From: Bacteroidia bacterium
GTDB lineage: Bacteria; Bacteroidota; Bacteroidia; AKYH767-A; OLB10
Length of the DNA: 64,000 bases
Reading direction: 5' to 3'
Assembly: GCA_016788065.1 (NCBI GenBank)
Contig: JAEUTI010000096.1
Location: 58,065 to 122,064 of the forward strand
Of this stretch, positions 41,568 to 50,270 are shown in pieces. The notes below the pieces were generated by a model. That model made no database searches. It worked only from the letters and a program-made list of their open reading frames with translations, and had not been told where the DNA came from. A program made the position numbers and the translations under genes. Within the stretch, counting starts at the first letter, position 1. Each line of letters opens with the position of its first letter.

Positions 41568-41601
41568 CAAAAAAAAAAAGACCTTCTTTGTGGAGAAGGT
41601 C
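41568..41601 (-). terminator. Rho-independent terminator of ahcY
   Basis: On the minus strand GACCTTCT-CCACAA-AGAAGGTC is followed by T11. Confidence 0.75.
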
Positions 41602-41624
41602 TTAATAGTATTAGAAACGAAATT

Positions 41625-42944
41625 CTAGTATCTGTAATATTCAGGTTTAAATGGACCCTGAACTTCAACTCCGATGTATTCAGCCTGATCTTTAGAAAGA
41701 GTTTCCAGTTCCACACCAATTTTAGCAAGGTGTAAACGGGCAACTTTCTCATCAAGATGTTTAGGCAATGTATAAACTTTGTTCTCGTATTTATCAGAGT
41801 GATTCCATAATTCCAACTGAGCTAGAGTCTGGTTGGTAAATGAATTCGACATTACAAATGATGGGTGACCTGTTGCGCAACCAAGATTCACCAAACGACC
41901 TTCAGCAAGAATGATAATATCTTTTCCATCAACAGTATATTTATCTACCTGAGGTTTGATGGTGTCCATAGTCTTACCATAGTTTGCATTCAACCAGGCC
42001 ATATCGATTTCATTATCGAAGTGTCCGATGTTACAAACAACAGCATTATGCTTCATTGCTTTGAAGTGACGGTCTTTAATGATGTCTTTGTTTCCAGTTG
42101 CTGTAACAATGATGTCAGCTTCTTTAACAGCATCATCCATTCTCTTTACTTCATAACCTTCCATTGCAGCCTGAAGTGCACAAATTGGGTCAATTTCAGT
42201 AACGATTACACGCACACCTGCACTGCTTAATGATTCTGCAGAACCTTTACCAACATCACCATAACCGGCAACAACGGCAACTTTTCCTGCAAGCATCAAA
42301 TCGGTTGCACGACGAATTGCATCCTGCAATGATTCACGGCATCCGTATTTATTATCGAATTTTGATTTAGTAACAGAATCATTAACATTGATTGCAGGCA
42401 TAGGAAGCGTTCCGTTTTTCATACGCTCATATAAGCGGTGAACTCCTGTAGTTGTTTCTTCCGAAAGACCTTTAATTCCACCAATCAATTCAGGATATTT
42501 ATCAAATACCATATTGGTCAAATCGCCACCATCATCCAAAATCATATTTAGTGGTTTGCGATCTTCGCCAAAGAACAATGTTTGTTCAATGCACCAGTCA
42601 AATTCTTCTGCATTCATTCCTTTCCAGGCATATACTGAAATTCCTGCAGCAGCAATTGCAGCAGCAGCATGATCCTGAGTTGAGAAAATATTGCAAGATG
42701 ACCAGGTAACTTCAGCTCCTAATGCCTGAAGTGTTTCAATCAAAACTGCGGTTTGGATGGTCATGTGTAAACATCCTGCAATTCTTGCCCCTTTAAGAGG
42801 TTGTGACTTGCCGAATTCCTGACGAAGCGACATCAATCCAGGCATTTCATCTTCTGCCAGTCTGATTTCTTTTCTACCCCATTCTGCAAGGGAAATATCT
42901 TTTACTTTGTACTTGACGAATTTCGTCTCTGCTGATTTAATCAT
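41625..42944 (-). CDS. ahcY: Adenosylhomocysteinase
   Basis: It has [24 protein letters not shown], the NAD motif [11 protein letters not shown] and a C-terminal YRY. Confidence 0.96.
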   Translation of the reverse strand: MIKSAETKFVKYKVKDISLAEWGRKEIRLAEDEMPGLMSLRQEFGKSQPLKGARIAGCLHMTIQTAVLIETLQALGAEVTWSSCNIFSTQDHAAAAIAAAGISVYAWKGMNAEEFDWCIEQTLFFGEDRKPLNMILDDGGDLTNMVFDKYPELIGGIKGLSEETTTGVHRLYERMKNGTLPMPAINVNDSVTKSKFDNKYGCRESLQDAIRRATDLMLAGKVAVVAGYGDVGKGSAESLSSAGVRVIVTEIDPICALQAAMEGYEVKRMDDAVKEADIIVTATGNKDIIKDRHFKAMKHNAVVCNIGHFDNEIDMAWLNANYGKTMDTIKPQVDKYTVDGKDIIILAEGRLVNLGCATGHPSFVMSNSFTNQTLAQLELWNHSDKYENKVYTLPKHLDEKVARLHLAKIGVELETLSKDQAEYIGVEVQGPFKPEYYRY

Positions 42945-42962
42945 GATTTATGGTATTTTGTG

Positions 42963-42970
42963 CAAATTTA
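42963..42970 (-). promoter_or_regulatory. Bacteroidota -7 promoter box TAAATTTG (minus strand) upstream of ahcY
   Basis: This is an exact TAnnTTTG match on the minus strand, 18 nt before the ATG. Confidence 0.45.
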
Positions 42971-43022
42971 CTAAATAACAGGATAAAGGTCAAATAAGTT
43001 CAGATTAACACAAAAAAACGAA

Positions 43023-43652
43023 GTGCCATTAGTTAAACATGAAGTCGTTGAATCCGGGGCTGAAATAGCACTCTGGAAAATCACGGAAACCGTGGAGGAA
43101 TTGGTTATTTTACTTCAAAAAGGAGGTATTTATGCCAATTTACCCTTTTTCAGAAATCAGAACCGTTTGGCAGAATGGCTGGCAACCAGAGTGTTACTAA
43201 GTAATTTAGGTGTTCAGCAACGGGTTGTATACGATGAAATGGGGAAACCGCATCTGGAAGGGGCCGGAAAATTCCTTTCGATATCTCATAGCGGCGATAT
43301 GATAGTGGTTATTATACACGCTTCTCTGAGAGTTGGAATCGACATTGAAAAAATAGGTGACCGAATTTTTAAAGTGCAGCACAAATTCGTCAATAATTCT
43401 GAAAATCAGTGGATTAACATTGCTACCAGAATGGAGCAATTGTATGTTATTTGGGGCGCCAAAGAGTGTGCATTTAAAATATTCGGACTGGGAGAAATTG
43501 ATTTCAGGGACCACTTAACAGTAGCTCCTTTTGAATTCGGAACCAGGGGAATTACTGAAGTTCGATTCAAAAAAGGAGAAAATGATTGCATATTCCGGGT
43601 TTTTTTCCAATATTTGGATCAGGTGATGATTACTTATGCTATTGCTTCGTAA
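43023..43652 (+). CDS. 4'-phosphopantetheinyl transferase (Sfp-type superfamily)
   Basis: It has the motifs SISHSGD, VGIDIEKI and WGAKECAFK. The start codon is GTG. Confidence 0.75.
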   Translation: MPLVKHEVVESGAEIALWKITETVEELVILLQKGGIYANLPFFRNQNRLAEWLATRVLLSNLGVQQRVVYDEMGKPHLEGAGKFLSISHSGDMIVVIIHASLRVGIDIEKIGDRIFKVQHKFVNNSENQWINIATRMEQLYVIWGAKECAFKIFGLGEIDFRDHLTVAPFEFGTRGITEVRFKKGENDCIFRVFFQYLDQVMITYAIAS

Positions 43653-43670
43653 TTTCACACCCATAATTTT

Positions 43671-44417
43671 ATGAGCGTATACCAGCAAATAACCACAAAG
43701 AAATCAGAGGGCATCAAGCAATTTGCCGTGCTGATTGATCCCGATAAATCTTCCATTGAGAAGATTGAGAAGCTATGCATGCTGGCTATTGACAGTGGTG
43801 TTGATTACATCTTTGTGGGTGGTAGTCTGCTAACTAATGGCAATTTACCTAACTGCATTCGCCGTATCAAATATGCTTGCAATCTCCCCGTGGTGTTATT
43901 TCCAGGAAATGGCAATCAAATCGATGCTCAGGCAGATGCCATATTATTCCTTTCACTTATTTCGGGCAGAAACCCGGAACTTCTGATTGGAAAACATGTT
44001 GTTTCAGCACCTATCATCAGAGAAAAAAATCTGGAAGCAATTTCAACCGGCTACATGTTAATTGAAAGTGGCAGACCTACAACTGCTCTTTACATGAGCA
44101 ACACCTTACCGATCCCATCCGACAAACCCGACATTGCAGCATGCACCGCCATGGCCGGAGAATTACTTGGTATGAAAATGATATTTATGGATGCGGGAAG
44201 TGGGGCTTCTTTCCCTGTAAATGAACAAATGATTCATGCCGTCCGCAAATCGGTAGAAATTCCTTTAATAGTTGGTGGCGGTATAAATACTCCGGAAAAA
44301 GCTGCTGCTGCATGTAGAGCCGGTGCCGATATGATAGTTGTCGGAAATTCTTTGGAATCTGATCCCGGAATCATAAAGGAAATAGCAGACGCAGTAAAAA
44401 CTATTAACGTAGGTTAA
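43671..44417 (+). CDS. Geranylgeranylglyceryl / heptaprenylglyceryl phosphate synthase family (PcrB/GGGPS)
   Basis: It is colinear with my recollection of PcrB/GGGPS: LIDPDK, FVGGS, VVLFPG, IFMDAGSGA, LIVGGGI, IVVGN. Confidence 0.85.
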   Translation: MSVYQQITTKKSEGIKQFAVLIDPDKSSIEKIEKLCMLAIDSGVDYIFVGGSLLTNGNLPNCIRRIKYACNLPVVLFPGNGNQIDAQADAILFLSLISGRNPELLIGKHVVSAPIIREKNLEAISTGYMLIESGRPTTALYMSNTLPIPSDKPDIAACTAMAGELLGMKMIFMDAGSGASFPVNEQMIHAVRKSVEIPLIVGGGINTPEKAAAACRAGADMIVVGNSLESDPGIIKEIADAVKTINVG

Positions 44418-44420
44418 GTT

Positions 44421-45353
44421 TTACATCACCATAAATTCACTCTTTCGAATTTCTTTGGCGTTTTGTGAAAAGCGAATTTTGAATCTTCTGCTGAAATAAG
44501 CAGGATCCTTGAAACCTACTTTGGAAGCAATTTCCTGGATATTATCATTCGTAGTGCGCAATAAAAAGTGAGCGTGTTCCAGCCTCCTGTTTTCTATATA
44601 CTCCTGTAAATTATGATTGGTGAGAGTTTTAAAAAACTGTCCAACATAATCTTTAGAAACATACGCTAAAGATGCAATTTTATGATTCGACAAATCCTTT
44701 TCAAGGTTTTCCTGAATATACTGAATGATACTGATCAATCTTTTATCTAATAAAAATTCAAGCTTTTCCACATTCACTGTGAGATCCGGGGAAGTGAAAA
44801 TAAACCTGCATAAATGCACCACCAACTCCTCAGTTAATTTTCTGGTTAAAGTAATCCGGCCAATTTGAGAACCTTCTTCTTCCTGTAATATTTTCTGCAA
44901 TAAATCTGAAATAGTTTTATCTGATCCTAAATTCAAACAAGGCAATTGAAGAATAGGGAAAAATGGTATTGCTCCATGAACCAAAGCATCTAATCCAAGA
45001 ATTGTAAATACATCCTTATCTTTGGGCACCGGCGATAGTCCGATTGGCTGGAGATAAATCTCACGTTCTTCTACAGATGTAAAACCTTCATGACCCATCA
45101 CATGATATGGTCCACGACCATGTCGGAAATAGATGGGCTGCCCTCTCGGAATAAAATATAAAACTCCGGGCTCAAGCACCTGATGGTTGATGCCGGCACT
45201 AAAAAATCCGGAATTAACCTGAACCAGGACATCTTTCTGCTCAAGTGTATTTACCAGCTCAACAGGTTTAATAACTGCCCGTTTACTGGCTTTAATATAT
45301 TTGACATCTAAAGCATCAATGATTCTGTTAAAATTCTCGCTTCTGAAAGGCAT
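44421..45353 (-). CDS. AraC-family transcriptional regulator
   Basis: It has a C-terminal double HTH (IASLAYVSKDYVGQFFK ... IQEIASKVGFKDPAYFSRRFK). A minus-strand TATATTTG box lies at 45374-45381. Confidence 0.8.
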   Translation of the reverse strand: MPFRSENFNRIIDALDVKYIKASKRAVIKPVELVNTLEQKDVLVQVNSGFFSAGINHQVLEPGVLYFIPRGQPIYFRHGRGPYHVMGHEGFTSVEEREIYLQPIGLSPVPKDKDVFTILGLDALVHGAIPFFPILQLPCLNLGSDKTISDLLQKILQEEEGSQIGRITLTRKLTEELVVHLCRFIFTSPDLTVNVEKLEFLLDKRLISIIQYIQENLEKDLSNHKIASLAYVSKDYVGQFFKTLTNHNLQEYIENRRLEHAHFLLRTTNDNIQEIASKVGFKDPAYFSRRFKIRFSQNAKEIRKSEFMVM

Positions 45354-45521
45354 AAATCACATACATTACCTGACAAATATAGAAATATACCCCAAACTTG
45401 CAAAAGGTTAATCTAAAAATAATACAATTCTATTACAATTCTATCAGTTCCGAAGTTTGTCAGGGTTAGCCGATTAGGTTAATTTGTTCTAAATATCAAA
45501 TCCATATAATTCAATAATAAA

Positions 45522-46085
45522 TTGACACTTACAGAAATAGCAGGTTTCATTTTTGGGATTTTGGGGATCTGGCTTACCATCAGAGAAAATGTTTGGTGCT
45601 TTCCTGTGGGAATTATCAATGTCACCATTTCCTTTTTCCTTTTTAAAAACCAACAGTTGTATGCTGATGCGCTTCAACAAATAGTTTACTTTATTTTACT
45701 TAGTTATGGATGGTTTCAATGGTCAAAAGGTATTACTTCCCAATCATTAAAAATTTCCAGAATAAGTTTCAACTGGACTTTAAAATTGTTAGCCGCTACC
45801 GCTACTTTGGCAGTGATTATGGGTTATTTATTCGATCGTTTTACGGATGCGTCATTGCCTTATTGGGATTCTTCTGCAACAGCAATATGTTTTACTGCTC
45901 AATTTCTTGTTGCACGTAAAAAATTAGAGAACTGGCATCTTTGGATTGTAGCAAACTGCATGTATATTGGAATCTATATTCAAAAAGAACTTTATTTGTA
46001 TAGTATACTATTTCTTATCTACTTAATTTTAGCTTTTTATGGTTTGAATACCTGGAAAAGACAAGAATCAACACAGGCTGATTGA
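45522..46085 (+). CDS. pnuC: PnuC-family vitamin transporter (nicotinamide riboside type)
   Basis: It has an N-terminal WLTIRENVWCFPVGIINV motif and about 7 TM segments. The start codon is TTG. Confidence 0.8.
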   Translation: MTLTEIAGFIFGILGIWLTIRENVWCFPVGIINVTISFFLFKNQQLYADALQQIVYFILLSYGWFQWSKGITSQSLKISRISFNWTLKLLAATATLAVIMGYLFDRFTDASLPYWDSSATAICFTAQFLVARKKLENWHLWIVANCMYIGIYIQKELYLYSILFLIYLILAFYGLNTWKRQESTQAD

Positions 46086-46618
46086 TGACTGAAAACAAAA
46101 TTAAAAGGATAGCAATTATTGGTCCTGAATCTTCCGGCAAAAGTGCTTTAAGTCAGGCTCTGGCAGCAGAATATAAAACCATTTGGATTGCAGAATATGC
46201 AAGGGAATATTTGTCACGACTAAATCGCACCTATTTGGACACGGATGTGATTGCCATTTACAGAGAACAATGGGAGCAGGAATGTCGAGCCTTATCAAAT
46301 GCAAAGAATATGCTTTTCATTGATACAGAATTTATAATAGGTAAAGTTTGGTATGAACATGTATATCAAAAAAAATGCAACTATTTCGATAACATGATCA
46401 AGCAATACCCATATGACTTTTATTTGCTTACATATCCTGATTTACCCTGGGAAGCTGATCCTCTTCGGGAAAATCCCGGCAAGGGACTATACTTTTTTGA
46501 ATGGTATAAAAACATACTGGAAGAACACAAACTACCCTACTCCATTGTTTCAGGTACCGGTGATATTCGTTTAACAAGTGCAGTTCAGGCAATAAACCAT
46601 CACTTTTATGGTTCGTAG
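46085..46618 (+). CDS. NadR-like P-loop kinase (ribosylnicotinamide kinase domain only)
   Basis: The P-loop is IAIIGPESSGKSAL, followed by AEYAREY. It is about 177 aa and has no NMN adenylyltransferase domain. Its ATG overlaps the pnuC stop codon (TGATG). Confidence 0.7.
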   Translation: MTENKIKRIAIIGPESSGKSALSQALAAEYKTIWIAEYAREYLSRLNRTYLDTDVIAIYREQWEQECRALSNAKNMLFIDTEFIIGKVWYEHVYQKKCNYFDNMIKQYPYDFYLLTYPDLPWEADPLRENPGKGLYFFEWYKNILEEHKLPYSIVSGTGDIRLTSAVQAINHHFYGS

Positions 46619-46628
46619 TTTTTAATTG

Positions 46629-49007
46629 CTAAAAAAACACGTTTAAACCGATCATATAATTTCTTCCAGCCTGGGGATAATAATAATTCTCTGTAGTCAA
46701 TTCACCACTGTACAAATAACTGAAAGTGTATCCATTCGACTCATACTGATGATCGAAAATATTATTTACCATTGCAGACAAACTTATCTCCTTTACAAAT
46801 CCCGGATTCCATTTCCAGCTTAATCTAAAGTCTGTTAAATAATAAGGATCAAGAGAACGTTTTGAATCGGATGTATTATCGAGAAATTGTTTGCCTACAT
46901 ATTTATTAGATAAAGCAATCTCTACCGATTTTAAAGGTTTGTAAACAGCGCCCAAATAACCTGATACGGCCGGAGAAAAAGAAATATCTGTTTCAGAATA
47001 TACCCGGATCAATTGTCCGCCATTATCATAATCATCGATGTACTCTTTAAAATTCTTAATTTTATTTCTGCTTAAAGTTACGTTTGCATTAACTTGCAGT
47101 TGGTTGAAAGGCATCCATGTTGCTTCTGATTCAATGCCTTCCCGAAAACTAGATGCAATATTTACTCTGGTATAATTTCCTACATCATTAACTTTACCTG
47201 TTAAAACTAATTGATTATCGTACAACATCATATAATAATTAACCCCTGCTCTCAACTTATCATTTTTAAGTCTGTAACCGGCTTCAAAATCATACATTGT
47301 TTCATGCACAGGACGACTGTTAATTGATGATTCTGTATAATCATCACGCGAAGGTTCTTTATTGGCAATTCCTGTAAAAAAATAGATTTGATTTGAAGCA
47401 TTAAACTGATAATTGATACTCAGTTTAGGATTAAAAAAGAACAACTTATCGTTTTGCGGCACTGGCTCTCCCAAATCATCGAGCCCTTCAAATGAGTATG
47501 AAACTGATCTAATTTGCAAATCTACCAGCAATTGAAGCTTTTGATTTACCATCCAGGTAGATTTTCCATAAACTGTAAAATCCTTTTTCAGACCGTTATT
47601 AAAATAATAGCGATGTGGCTTCAAAACAGGAGCTGAAAATTCAGATCTTATAACTTCGCCAAAATGATCACCATCATATTCATTGTAAGCACTCCCGAGA
47701 ATAAAAGCCAAATCTGATGTAGGGTTATAATGCAAGGAAGCAACAGCTCCATAAAAATCATTGTCGAGCCACTTTCTTCTTACAATATCACTGGCAACAA
47801 TGGTATCTCCATTTAAAGTAAAATCTGGTAAATTGTAATCCGATAATAATTCATCCTCTTTAAATTCTTCATAAAAACCTCGTCCGCGAGTATAATGCAG
47901 CGCAGTATTCAGAATAAGATTTTTCTTGAAATCATACGAAAAAAATGCCTGATAGTGATCTTGTTGATAATCATCTACCTGATTCTCGTAAGTATAATAA
48001 TTCCAGGTACGGTTTGTATCCAATGAAGCCTCAGGTATGCCGTACCATGACTGATAAGTTATTTCTTTCCCTGAAAAAACATTAAACTTCACCATCATTC
48101 TATCTCCAAAATATCCACCGGAAACAAAGAATGACTTCAAATCGGACGTTGCCCTATCTACATAACCATCAGAACTTATTTTTGATAACCGGCCATTGAA
48201 GTTCCATTTATTTTTGAGCATTCCGGATCCGAAGGAAATTGTATTTCGGAAAGTATTGAAAGAACCGGCACTATTTAATGAACTAACAAATGCAGAATCT
48301 GATGGTGATGCCGTCTGTATATTAATACTACCACCAAAGGCTCCTGCGCCATTTGTAGAGGTTCCTACACCTCGCTGCACCTGTACACTACTGACGGAAG
48401 AAGCAAGATCAGGCATATTTACCCAGTACAGCAACTGTGATTCAGCATCATTAATAGGAATACCATCAATAGTAACATTTATACGGGATGCATCAGAACC
48501 ACGAATTCTGACTCCGGTATAACCTATACCTGTACCTGCATCGGAAGTCGCTATCAGAGAAGGCACTGATTCCAGCAAAAATGAAATATCTCTGCCGGAA
48601 TTTGCATCATCGATCACATCCTTATTAATGGTACTGTGGGCAATGCCGGCTTCTGAGGAGACCCGTGTAGCAGCAATGACTATTTCAGAATTGAGCACAA
48701 TAGCTGCTTCCAGTTCAATATTTTTAACAACTGGCTGACTGCTCAATTCAAGAACATGGCTTTGGCTATGATAACCAACAAAACTGAATTGCACCGTGTA
48801 AGTCCCGGGTTTCAATAATTTAATTTCATAGTGTCCTTGAGAATCAGAAATGACACCAATATTTTCCCCCTTAATTAAAACATTTGTACCTGGGAGCGGT
48901 GTACCCGATCGTTTGTCTGTAACCAATCCTGAAATAGATATCTGCGCCGATACCTGTGATAGAGAAAAAAAGAAAACTAGAAGATGTAATAAATTTTTCA
49001 TGGCCAA
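46629..49007 (-). CDS. TonB-dependent outer-membrane receptor with an N-terminal carboxypeptidase-regulatory-like domain
   Basis: It has a signal peptide, a CarbopepD_reg-like segment (ISGLVTDKRSGTPLPGTNVLIKGE), a plug (RIRGSDASRINVTIDGIPIND) and a barrel ending in an aromatic residue (GLNVFF). Confidence 0.88.
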   Translation of the reverse strand: MAMKNLLHLLVFFFSLSQVSAQISISGLVTDKRSGTPLPGTNVLIKGENIGVISDSQGHYEIKLLKPGTYTVQFSFVGYHSQSHVLELSSQPVVKNIELEAAIVLNSEIVIAATRVSSEAGIAHSTINKDVIDDANSGRDISFLLESVPSLIATSDAGTGIGYTGVRIRGSDASRINVTIDGIPINDAESQLLYWVNMPDLASSVSSVQVQRGVGTSTNGAGAFGGSINIQTASPSDSAFVSSLNSAGSFNTFRNTISFGSGMLKNKWNFNGRLSKISSDGYVDRATSDLKSFFVSGGYFGDRMMVKFNVFSGKEITYQSWYGIPEASLDTNRTWNYYTYENQVDDYQQDHYQAFFSYDFKKNLILNTALHYTRGRGFYEEFKEDELLSDYNLPDFTLNGDTIVASDIVRRKWLDNDFYGAVASLHYNPTSDLAFILGSAYNEYDGDHFGEVIRSEFSAPVLKPHRYYFNNGLKKDFTVYGKSTWMVNQKLQLLVDLQIRSVSYSFEGLDDLGEPVPQNDKLFFFNPKLSINYQFNASNQIYFFTGIANKEPSRDDYTESSINSRPVHETMYDFEAGYRLKNDKLRAGVNYYMMLYDNQLVLTGKVNDVGNYTRVNIASSFREGIESEATWMPFNQLQVNANVTLSRNKIKNFKEYIDDYDNGGQLIRVYSETDISFSPAVSGYLGAVYKPLKSVEIALSNKYVGKQFLDNTSDSKRSLDPYYLTDFRLSWKWNPGFVKEISLSAMVNNIFDHQYESNGYTFSYLYSGELTTENYYYPQAGRNYMIGLNVFF

Positions 49008-49099
49008 TTATTTTAAATGGTTCTAAAACAAGAGACCCGTGAACAGCAATACAGCTAAGCTGAGAATTGCGTGCACGGGAATGCCATTTTTTGCAAAAA

Positions 49100-49195
49100 T
49101 TGTTACCACGTTTCCTACGCCGGCATTATCCGGATCAGGTTCCTGGGTATAATCTCAGCAATCCGTAAAAAACGGAAAGCACCCCTTGTTGATGC
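49100..49195 (-). promoter_or_regulatory. TPP (THI-box) riboswitch in the 5' leader of the TonB-dependent receptor gene
   Basis: The minus strand reads GGGGTGC-TTTCCGTTTTTTACGGATT-GCTGAGA-TTAT-ACCC-AGG-AACCTGATCCGGATAATGCCGGCGTAGGAA. All conserved THI-box blocks are present. Confidence 0.85.
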
Positions 49196-49325
49196 AAAGA
49201 TAACATGTTCAACTGTAAATAGTTTAAGTAGGGCAATTTTAATCAAGCGAATAATTATAACAGACTAAATTTCAATTTCTTAGTCAATATGTTTCAAATT
49301 TCAATTAATGTTCTGATCGCAGAAT

Positions 49326-49333
49326 TATCTTTG
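49326..49333 (+). promoter_or_regulatory. Bacteroidota -7 promoter box TATCTTTG upstream of the TauE-family gene
   Basis: This is an exact TAnnTTTG match, 23 nt before the TTG start. Confidence 0.4.
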
Positions 49334-49356
49334 CCGGACTTAATTATTCAAATATT

Positions 49357-50115
49357 TTGGAACCCTGGCATTACTTTCTCGCAATTATTGCAGGCTTTGT
49401 GGCCGGAATAATAAATACTTTGGCTGGAAGTGGTTCTCTTTTCACATTGCCATTTTTACTCTTCATGGGATTGCCGGCTCAAATTGCGAATGGCACAAAT
49501 CGCGTAGGCATTCTGCTGCAGACTTTGATTGGAGCTAGCCGATTGTACAGAAAAAGTGATAATAATCTAAAACATGATTTAAGATACATTTTGCCATGTG
49601 CCGCAGGTTCTGCAGTTGGTGCATTAATAGCTGTTTCCATTTCTGAAGATGCCATGCGAATTACTATTGGTGTGGTTATGCTGTTGCTATTACTCGTACT
49701 GCTATCAAATTACAATTCGTTATTGAAAGAAAACGATCAGCCAATTCCTGCGCATCGTAAAAATATCGGAATGTTGTTGTTGTTTATAATTGGGATATAT
49801 GGTGGATTTATTCAACTTGGAGTAGGTATTTTTTTATTATCGCTGCTATTGTTGTATTTGCAATTCACATTTAAGCATGCCAATGCATTAAAAAATTCCA
49901 TCAACTTCTTCCTCACAGTTCCTGCATTTATAATTTTTGCAATCAATGACCAGATTAACTGGGAACTTGGAGGAATTTTAGCCATCGGACAGATGTCGGG
50001 AGCATGGGTTGCATCCGGATTTGCAGCAGAAAACAAGCAGGCTAATTTGTGGATAAGAAGACTGCTTGTGGCTATGACTTTATTTTCAGCATTGAAACTA
50101 CTGCATGTGATATAG
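49357..50115 (+). CDS. TauE/SafE (DUF81) family anion exporter
   Basis: It has the pattern AGFVAGIINTLAGSGSLFTLPFL and about 8 TM segments. The start codon is TTG. Confidence 0.8.
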   Translation: MEPWHYFLAIIAGFVAGIINTLAGSGSLFTLPFLLFMGLPAQIANGTNRVGILLQTLIGASRLYRKSDNNLKHDLRYILPCAAGSAVGALIAVSISEDAMRITIGVVMLLLLLVLLSNYNSLLKENDQPIPAHRKNIGMLLLFIIGIYGGFIQLGVGIFLLSLLLLYLQFTFKHANALKNSINFFLTVPAFIIFAINDQINWELGGILAIGQMSGAWVASGFAAENKQANLWIRRLLVAMTLFSALKLLHVI

Positions 50116-50270
50116 ATTTTTCATGACATAAATCATGATAAACATCATCTGAATATAAGTGCATTTCGGTGACTCTTATCACCACCACCTTTCACTGCAA
50201 CTTTGTAATCTTGTGGTATGAAATCTTTCTCAAGTGAAGGGTAAAAATTAAAAACCAAACTTATAAAAAC

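Noticed and set aside
42945-43022. SAH riboswitch upstream of ahcY
   Set aside because: The leader is only about 15-20 nt from the TAAATTTG box to the ATG. There is no room for an aptamer and no SAH-motif sequence.
49071-49268. A 65-aa plus-strand ORF between the TonB-dependent receptor gene and the TauE gene
   Set aside because: It overlaps the TPP riboswitch on the other strand, and the riboswitch explains the conservation-like structure. There is no promoter or RBS context.
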